5,593 bases of DNA from Zestosphaera tikiterensis (GTDB lineage: Archaea; Thermoproteota; Thermoprotei_A; Sulfolobales; NBVN01), in assembly GCA_003056265.1 (NCBI GenBank), contig NBVN01000017.1:1-5593 (forward strand), read 5' to 3'. The notes beneath the pieces were generated by a model that did not search any database, was not told where the DNA came from, and was given only the letters and a program-made list of their open reading frames with translations. Below are positions 1 through 2,761 of the stretch, piece by piece (positions within the stretch are counted from its first letter, which is position 1; the number at the start of each line of letters is the position of its first letter). The translations under genes were made by a program, and so were the position numbers.

Positions 1-298
1 TAAAAGGTCCTAACCTAAAGCTAAAGCAGTCTATTATCTGAAACGCGCCTTTATCAACGTAACCGTCTATGTCCCAGTTAAAATCTCTAAATAGTGAAAG
101 AACCGCCTCCGAAGAGTCGTCGAAATTCACGTAGACAACGCTACCACCACTCTTAAGGAAATTCCAAGCGATGTGAGCAAGCATTACCGACTTACCGACG
201 CCGCCAGGACCCGCAACAACGGACAGCGAGTTATAGGGAAGCCCTGAAGGTAAGGCCATATCAAGAGGCTCAATACCTAACTTAAACGTCTTAACCAA
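1..298 (-). CDS. RecA-superfamily ATPase of the KaiC/RadB/RAD55 (COG0467-like) type. Only the N-terminal part is present; the gene continues past the left window edge.
   Basis: Minus-strand translation from TTG 298-296 (alternative GTG 307-305) gives VKTFKLGIEPLDMALPSGLPYNSLSVVAGPGGVGKSVMLAHIAWNFLKSGGSVVYVNFDDSSEAVLSLFRDFNWDIDGYVDKGAFQIIDCFSFRLGPF, open to position 1. A GIxxLD motif, then Walker A GPGGVGKS, then FxWD...IID is the layout of archaeal KaiC/RadB-type ATPases. An in-frame stop at 349-347 bounds the ORF upstream. It is absent from the supplied ORF track because the start is non-ATG and the ORF runs off the edge. Confidence 0.75.
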   Translation of the reverse strand, partial: MVKTFKLGIEPLDMALPSGLPYNSLSVVAGPGGVGKSVMLAHIAWNFLKSGGSVVYVNFDDSSEAVLSLFRDFNWDIDGYVDKGAFQIIDCFSFRLGPF

Positions 299-354
299 AT
301 TAAACACCTTAAGATATATGTCTACTTTAAAGTTAAAAATATAGCCCTACGTCG
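299..354. promoter_or_regulatory. Divergent archaeal promoter region between the ATPase gene and the PPC-domain gene.
   Basis: The spacer is A+T-rich and holds TATA-like CTTTAAAG (325-332) and TTAAAAATATA (333-343). These sit about 25-30 nt from ATG 355/364 on the plus strand and from TTG 298 / GTG 307 on the minus strand. That spacing fits leaderless or near-leaderless transcripts. Confidence 0.4.
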
Positions 355-645
355 ATGATATACATGAGGGTAGGAACTATGGGAACCATGATTAAACCTA
401 TTAAAGTTCCGGAACGTTCTGCCTTACCGGACTACGTGGAGAAAGTCGTTCTAGAGAACGGGTTAAAAGGAGGGATGATATTCGGGATAGGAGGGTTTGA
501 AAAAGCCGAGATTGCTTTCTACAACACGCTAACTCAAAAATACGTGGTTAAGGAATACGTAAGTAAGGAAAACAAAATACTTGAAGTGCTCTCGCTTTCA
601 GGTTTCTACAACAGAAAGCGTTCTCCAGATCACGGTATTCCTTGA
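355..645 (+). pseudogene. PPC/DUF296-domain protein, 5' fragment. Native codons run 355-616; from 617 the ORF reads into inserted DNA and stops at 643-645.
   Basis: The translation MIYMRVGTMGTMIKPIKVPERSALPDYVEKVVLENGLKGGMIFGIGGFEKAEIAFYNTLTQKYVVKEYVSKENKILEVLSLSGFYNR has the GIGG...A...Y...(I/L)E(V/I)LSLSG signature of PPC (DUF296) domains. It lacks the following HxH / GGHL half. The last 10 codons (KRSPDHGIP*) are foreign. Confidence 0.8.
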
Positions 646-677
646 TATTCTTAATTACTTTTAGTTCCGTGGTCTGG
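625..677 (+). repeat. Subterminal inverted repeat / long hairpin at the left edge of the insertion.
   Basis: CCAGATCACGG (625-635) pairs with CCGTGGTCTGG (667-677). This gives 11 bp with one T-G wobble on the plus strand (C-A on the minus strand) and a 31-nt A+T-rich loop. The hairpin starts 8 nt inside the insertion boundary. Confidence 0.5.
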
Positions 678-778
678 TTCATCACGTTTCCTCTCGGGGC
701 CCCCCTCACCGCAGTAGCTCTGCTCTAGTTGCCTAGAGCTCCACAGCCCTACGGATCTCGGAACCCCGAGGTCACCAA
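678..778 (-). ncRNA. Candidate structured RNA 'A' of unknown family inside the 235-bp module. Strand is uncertain.
   Basis: This is a G+C-rich island in A+T-rich context. A perfect 7-bp hairpin GCTCTAG/CTAGAGC (722-728 / 733-739) has a loop that reads GCAA (GNRA) on the minus strand. A second hairpin is CTCGG-AACC-CCGAG (757-770). The minus strand carries a GUGAUGA motif (reverse complement of 680-686). The minus-strand start region AACTTATAAATGTATTGG resembles that of RNA 'B'. Counter-evidence: the 754-773 hairpin extends with a T-G wobble only on the plus strand. Confidence 0.3.
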
Positions 779-844
779 TACATTTATAAGTTTAAAAGTT
801 TCAAGTAATTAAGACCTATTCACAATATCTTAGGGTTTCAATAC

Positions 845-851
845 CTTAGAA
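845..851 (+). repeat. CTTAGAA heptamer abutting the IS left end. It is a candidate target/TAM-type motif and is identical to the IS terminal heptamer at 2322-2328.
   Basis: The 7-nt identity is exact. Copy one sits 4 nt upstream of the left subterminal hairpin. Copy two forms the last 7 nt of the insertion, 13 nt after the right subterminal hairpin. Confidence 0.5.
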
Positions 852-855
852 ACAG

Positions 856-875
856 CCTCGTCTTTTGTGGTGGGG
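856..875 (+). repeat. Left-end subterminal hairpin of the IS; also the first part of a repeated promoter module.
   Basis: CCTCGTC (856-862) pairs with GGTGGGG (869-875), giving 7 bp including 3 G-T pairs, with loop TTTTGT. The same arms recur at 2288-2308 and, on the minus strand, at 2647-2666. Confidence 0.55.
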
Positions 876-880
876 AAGGG

Positions 881-888
881 TTTATAAG
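881..888 (+). promoter_or_regulatory. TATA box (TTTATAAG) of the IS-internal promoter. The predicted transcription start is at about G911.
   Basis: TTTATAAG is followed by exactly 22 A+T-rich nt and then the run GGGGCTGG at 911. This matches archaeal TATA-to-start spacing. The same box and the same 22-nt spacing recur on the minus strand at 2640-2633. Confidence 0.5.
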
Positions 889-910
889 TTTTGCGTATTT
901 ATTGTTTTTA

Positions 911-1019
911 GGGGCTGGTTGTGGAGGGCGATCCTCAAGCGGTGGGTGAGGGTTGTGGTTTAGAGGGTGTGTCATGCCATACCTCCCTATCTTCCCTATG
1001 CCCTCCACGGCTGGTTCCC
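911..1019 (+). ncRNA. Structured 5' leader / left-end RNA hairpin of the IS, overlapping the first 33 codons of the tnpB ORF as called in the ORF track.
   Basis: GGGGCTGGTTGTGGAGGGC (911-929) pairs with GCCCTCCACGGCTGGTTCC (1000-1018). The stem is 19 contiguous bp, 6 of them G-U, so it is stable only as plus-strand RNA. An internal hairpin GGGTGTG (965-971) / CATACCT (978-984) has 2 G-U pairs. The 5' arm is G/T-rich and the 3' arm is C/T-rich. Confidence 0.5.
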
Positions 1020-2300
1020 AAATGTAGGAGGGTTAGTGTCGTTAGACTAGTACTAGATAATGAATCTGAAGTAAGGTTAAAGGCCCTATGTAGCTTAACA
1101 TCTAAGCTGTGGAATGAAGTAAACTACGTTAGGAGACGTCAATTCTTCAAAGGAAAAGGAGTTGATTTAAAGGAAACATATAGAGAGTTCTACGAGAAGT
1201 ATAAATCGTTGATAGGTTCTGTGACAGCTCAGCAAGTACTTAATAAGAATGGTGAAGCATGGAGATCGTTCTTCAGCCTACTGAAAGCTAAGAAAGAAGG
1301 AAAGCTACCACCATACATAGCAAAAGTCAACCCACCCGGATATAAAAAGAGAGGGAAAGCTAGAGAGTTATGGGTTGTGTTGAGAAACGATCAGTATAGG
1401 ATTGAAGGAAATAAGATAGTTCTGAAGGGACTGGGAGCCGTAGGGAGGATAGAGATGAAGTACAGAGGGTTAATCCACTTAAAGGGTAAGCAGGGCAGGA
1501 TTGAAATACATTACGATGCCGACTCTAAGAAATGGTATGCATACATATCATTCGAAGTTTATGAGAAAGCTGTTAGAGGTGTGTGGAGGAAGGTTCCTCA
1601 GGCTCCCAAAGGCGATTTGAGGGCTGGAGTGGATATTGGTGTGAATAATTTATTCGCAGTATACGTTGAGAACGGGACATCGCTACTTATTAACGGCAGA
1701 CCGCTTAAAGCTATATCCCACTACTGGAGGGAGAGGATCGCTAAATATCAAAACATTATTAACAAGTATGGTATTAAGTCTTCACGAAAGCTTAGGCTAA
1801 TGTACAGTAAGTGGCGTAGGGAGGTGAAAAGCTTCATAAACACACAAATTAGAAGACTCGTTGAGCGACTCTACGGGAGTGGAGTTTCAGTAATTTACGT
1901 TGGCTACCCGAAGAACATCGCCCAGGAGAGCGGAAACTTCAACACTGTTCAGGTGTGGAGCTACGGATACCTGTTGAGGAGATTAAACGAAGTTAGTGAA
2001 GAATATGGGGTAGCGGTATTATTCGTTGATGAATCCTACACATCTACAACATGCTCAATACACGGCGATAGTTGCGGAAAAAGAATAACGAGAGGACTAT
2101 TTAAATGTACGAAACTGAACAAAGTATTCAATGCAGACATAACAGCGGCATACAACATCTTAATCAAAGGCTTAACCATAACCCCAAACCCCCTAGAAGG
2201 GGTAGGGGTAATGGGCTGGAAACCCAGCCCGGGGCTAAACGAAGCGAATGTAGCCCCAAACCTCCCCACCCTAACAACACCAAGAACCCCCACCCTTTAA
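921..2300 (+). CDS. tnpB: TnpB (IS605 OrfB-type RNA-guided RuvC nuclease). The true start codon is unresolved: in-frame GTGs lie at 921, 942 and 966, and the recognisable TnpB sequence begins at about 1026.
   Basis: The N-terminal region RRVSVVRLVLDNESEVRLKALCSLTSKLWNEVNY is typical of TnpB. RuvC-I is AGVDIGVNNLFAV, with D at 1632-1634. FVDESYTSTTCSIHGDSCGK...C is the zinc-ribbon region. RuvC-III is FNADITAAYNIL, with D at 2136-2138. The ORF is intact, with no frameshift or internal stop. Confidence 0.88.
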   Translation: MEGDPQAVGEGCGLEGVSCHTSLSSLCPPRLVPKCRRVSVVRLVLDNESEVRLKALCSLTSKLWNEVNYVRRRQFFKGKGVDLKETYREFYEKYKSLIGSVTAQQVLNKNGEAWRSFFSLLKAKKEGKLPPYIAKVNPPGYKKRGKARELWVVLRNDQYRIEGNKIVLKGLGAVGRIEMKYRGLIHLKGKQGRIEIHYDADSKKWYAYISFEVYEKAVRGVWRKVPQAPKGDLRAGVDIGVNNLFAVYVENGTSLLINGRPLKAISHYWRERIAKYQNIINKYGIKSSRKLRLMYSKWRREVKSFINTQIRRLVERLYGSGVSVIYVGYPKNIAQESGNFNTVQVWSYGYLLRRLNEVSEEYGVAVLFVDESYTSTTCSIHGDSCGKRITRGLFKCTKLNKVFNADITAAYNILIKGLTITPNPLEGVGVMGWKPSPGLNEANVAPNLPTLTTPRTPTL

Positions 2301-2348
2301 AGGCGGGGAGGAGGTCAGATGCTTAGAAGCGATGGTAGGATATTCACG
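2186..2348 (+). ncRNA. Candidate omega-RNA (right-end RNA). The scaffold overlaps the tnpB 3' end and the right end of the IS, and is followed by about 20 nt of flank-derived guide.
   Basis: G+C rises sharply over the last ~110 nt of tnpB. A three-way junction can be drawn from three elements: a closing stem 2199-2208 / 2264-2272; the hairpin GGGCTGG-AAAC-CCAGCCC (2213-2230); and the hairpin GGGGCTA-13 nt-TAGCCCC (2231-2257). The hairpin at 2288-2308 follows. The IS ends at 2328, so the guide would be GCGATGGTAGGATATTCACG (2329-2348). The placement follows the established TnpB/omega-RNA architecture. The RNA ends are not determinable from sequence. Confidence 0.55.
2288..2308 (+). repeat. Right-end subterminal hairpin of the IS. 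The tnpB stop codon lies in its loop.
   Basis: CCCCACC (2288-2294) pairs with GGCGGGG (2302-2308), with one A-C mismatch on the plus strand that becomes G-U on the minus strand. The loop is CTTTAAA. The arms match the left-end hairpin at 856-875. Confidence 0.55.
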
Positions 2349-2471
2349 CATATCCACGTAGTTTTAGGCTTAGATCATGACGTCTTATGTGGTGGTCATT
2401 TAATAAGAGGTTTTGTAAAACCTCAGGTTGAGGCCTTCCTCGTGGAGGTTGCTGACGGCTCTCCGCCATGA
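2329..2471 (+). pseudogene. PPC/DUF296-domain protein, 3' fragment.
   Basis: In frame with the 5' fragment once 617-2328 is removed, it reads (S)DGRIFTHIHVVLGLDHDVLCGGHLIRGFVKPQVEAFLVEVADGSPP*. This carries the HxH...GGHL half of the PPC domain. The stop TGA is at 2469-2471. Confidence 0.8.
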
Positions 2472-2610
2472 ATGGCGGAGGTTCTCCCCCTAGGGCTTCC
2501 ATCACCTTTCTGAAGCCCCTCACCGGGAGTGCATCACCCATCAGTTCCCGCCGTCAGCTCCGGGAAGGTGTGGGACTCATCCCAAGCTACGGTTACCCAC
2601 ACCCAACCCA
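2451..2610 (-). ncRNA. Candidate structured RNA 'B' of unknown family, with two K-loop/K-turn-like motifs (possible L7Ae sites).
   Basis: On the minus strand the 5' hairpin is GGGTGTGGG/CCCACACCT (2604-2596 paired with 2574-2566; 8 Watson-Crick pairs plus one G-U) with a GGG/CCC extension. A 9-bp helix GCTGACGGC/GCCGTCAGC (2558-2550 / 2459-2451) then encloses three hairpins. These are GGGA..CUGA-UGG-GUGAUG..UCCC (2549-2525), GGGCUUC-AGAAAGGUGAUG-GAAGCCC (2518-2493) and CUCCGCCA-UUCA-UGGCGGAG (2480-2461). The start is predicted from TATA 2640-2633 plus 22 nt. The 3' end is undefined, but a hairpin plus T-run at 2424-2403 is possible. Confidence 0.45.
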
Positions 2611-2632
2611 ATACATATTAAGTTAGAGAAAG

Positions 2633-2666
2633 CTTATAAACATTTACCCCGCCTTAAAAGACGGAG
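2633..2666 (-). promoter_or_regulatory. Hairpin plus TTTATAAG promoter module driving RNA 'B'. It is homologous to the IS left-end module at 856-888.
   Basis: The minus strand reads CTCCGTC-TTTTAA-GGCGGGG (2666-2647; 7 bp, 2 G-U), then TAAATG, then TTTATAAG (2640-2633), then 22 nt, then TGGGTTGGGTGTGG. The IS has CCTCGTC-TTTTGT-GGTGGGG, AAGGG, TTTATAAG, 22 nt, GGGGCTGGTTGTGG. Confidence 0.5.
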
Positions 2667-2761
2667 CCTCAATGATTGGTGAGGTTCTTAAGCAGGAGTT
2701 TAAGCATAGGGACGTAAAGACGTGAGTGTGGAAAGCCTTACTCGTCGATGGGGTCGTGTTT

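Larger units (their letters stand above)
617..851. mobile_element. Unclassified 235-bp non-coding module at the left of the insertion. It could be a MITE-like element or an extended left end, and it ends in CTTAGAA.
   Basis: No ORF is present. It contains a hairpin with an 11-bp stem (625-635 / 667-677), a block of about 65% G+C (about 686-775, hand count over 691-770), and then a tail of about 30% G+C with TATA-like boxes. Its last 7 nt (845-851) are identical to the last 7 nt of the IS (2322-2328). Confidence 0.45.
617..2328 (+). mobile_element. 1712-bp insertion interrupting the PPC-domain gene. It is a composite of a 235-bp non-coding module and a tnpB-only IS200/IS605-family element.
   Basis: Deleting exactly 617-2328 rejoins the two PPC fragments in frame (AGA A|GC GAT GGT). 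There is no target-site duplication apart from a 4-nt AGAA ambiguity: the left flank ends ACAGAA and the insert ends TTAGAA. Confidence 0.8.
852..2328 (+). mobile_element. IS200/IS605-family insertion sequence of the tnpB-only (IS1341-like) type, with no tnpA.
   Basis: It carries a single TnpB ORF. Related subterminal hairpins lie at 856-875 (CCTCGTC-TTTTGT-GGTGGGG) and 2288-2308 (CCCCACC-CTTTAAA-GGCGGGG). The ends are not inverted-repeat termini, and there is no target-site duplication. CTTAGAA sits on the left flank and at the right terminus. The right boundary 2328 is fixed by restoration of the PPC reading frame. The left boundary 852 is inferred. Confidence 0.65.

Noticed and set aside
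613-616. AGAA at the left junction and at 2325-2328 as a target-site duplication.
   Set aside because: Only one AGAA is needed to restore the PPC frame, so it is not a duplication of target DNA. It is better read as a target/TAM motif on the flank plus a similar cleavage motif at the element's right end. It does leave a 4-nt ambiguity in the exact boundaries.
617-910. A remnant of tnpA (HUH/Y1 transposase) upstream of and divergent from tnpB.
   Set aside because: All six frames are broken by stops. The one ~50-codon open stretch on the minus strand (GDLGVPRSVGLWSSRQLEQSYCGEGGPERKRDEPDHGTKSN) has no start codon and no HUH or catalytic-Tyr motif.
2036-2293. 85-aa minus-strand ORF from the ORF track.
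   Set aside because: It lies entirely antisense to the well-supported tnpB 3' end and omega-RNA region. Its Gly/Val/Phe/Pro-rich composition is what the complement of a G+C-rich structured segment gives. There are no recognisable motifs.
2105-2326. 73-aa plus-strand ORF overlapping the tnpB 3' end in another frame.
   Set aside because: It is an alternate frame of tnpB and the right end, with low-complexity Pro/Arg/Asn-rich content. It is better explained by the TnpB frame, which carries the NADITAAYNIL motif, and by RNA structure.
2407-2424. Perfect palindrome GAGGTTTT-GT-AAAACCTC inside the PPC 3' fragment.
   Set aside because: It lies within conserved coding sequence (RGFVKPQ). It might act as a hairpin plus T-run terminator for RNA 'B' on the minus strand, but that cannot be separated from coincidence without 3'-end mapping. 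It is noted only as a possible 3' limit.
2344-2541. 65-aa minus-strand ORF.
   Set aside because: It is antisense to the PPC 3' fragment, whose frame has clear family motifs, and to the helices of RNA 'B'. The open frame is a by-product of G+C-rich palindromic sequence.
2493-2549. A canonical box C/D sRNA, suggested by the CUGA and GUGAUG motifs. There is a similar GUGAUGA at 680-686 on the minus strand.
   Set aside because: There is no properly spaced terminal C box (RUGAUGA) and D box (CUGA) pair with 10-12-nt guides. The motifs sit in hairpin loops, so isolated K-loops fit better than a methylation guide.
2451-2610. RNA 'B' as SRP (7S) RNA or type-T (minimal) RNase P RNA, both plausible in Thermoproteales.
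   Set aside because: I could not find the helix-8 GGAAG..AGCA motif of SRP RNA or the P4/CR-I GAGGAAAGUCC-type and CR-V motifs of RNase P on either strand. The region is also too short for SRP RNA. A covariance-model scan is still needed to settle this.
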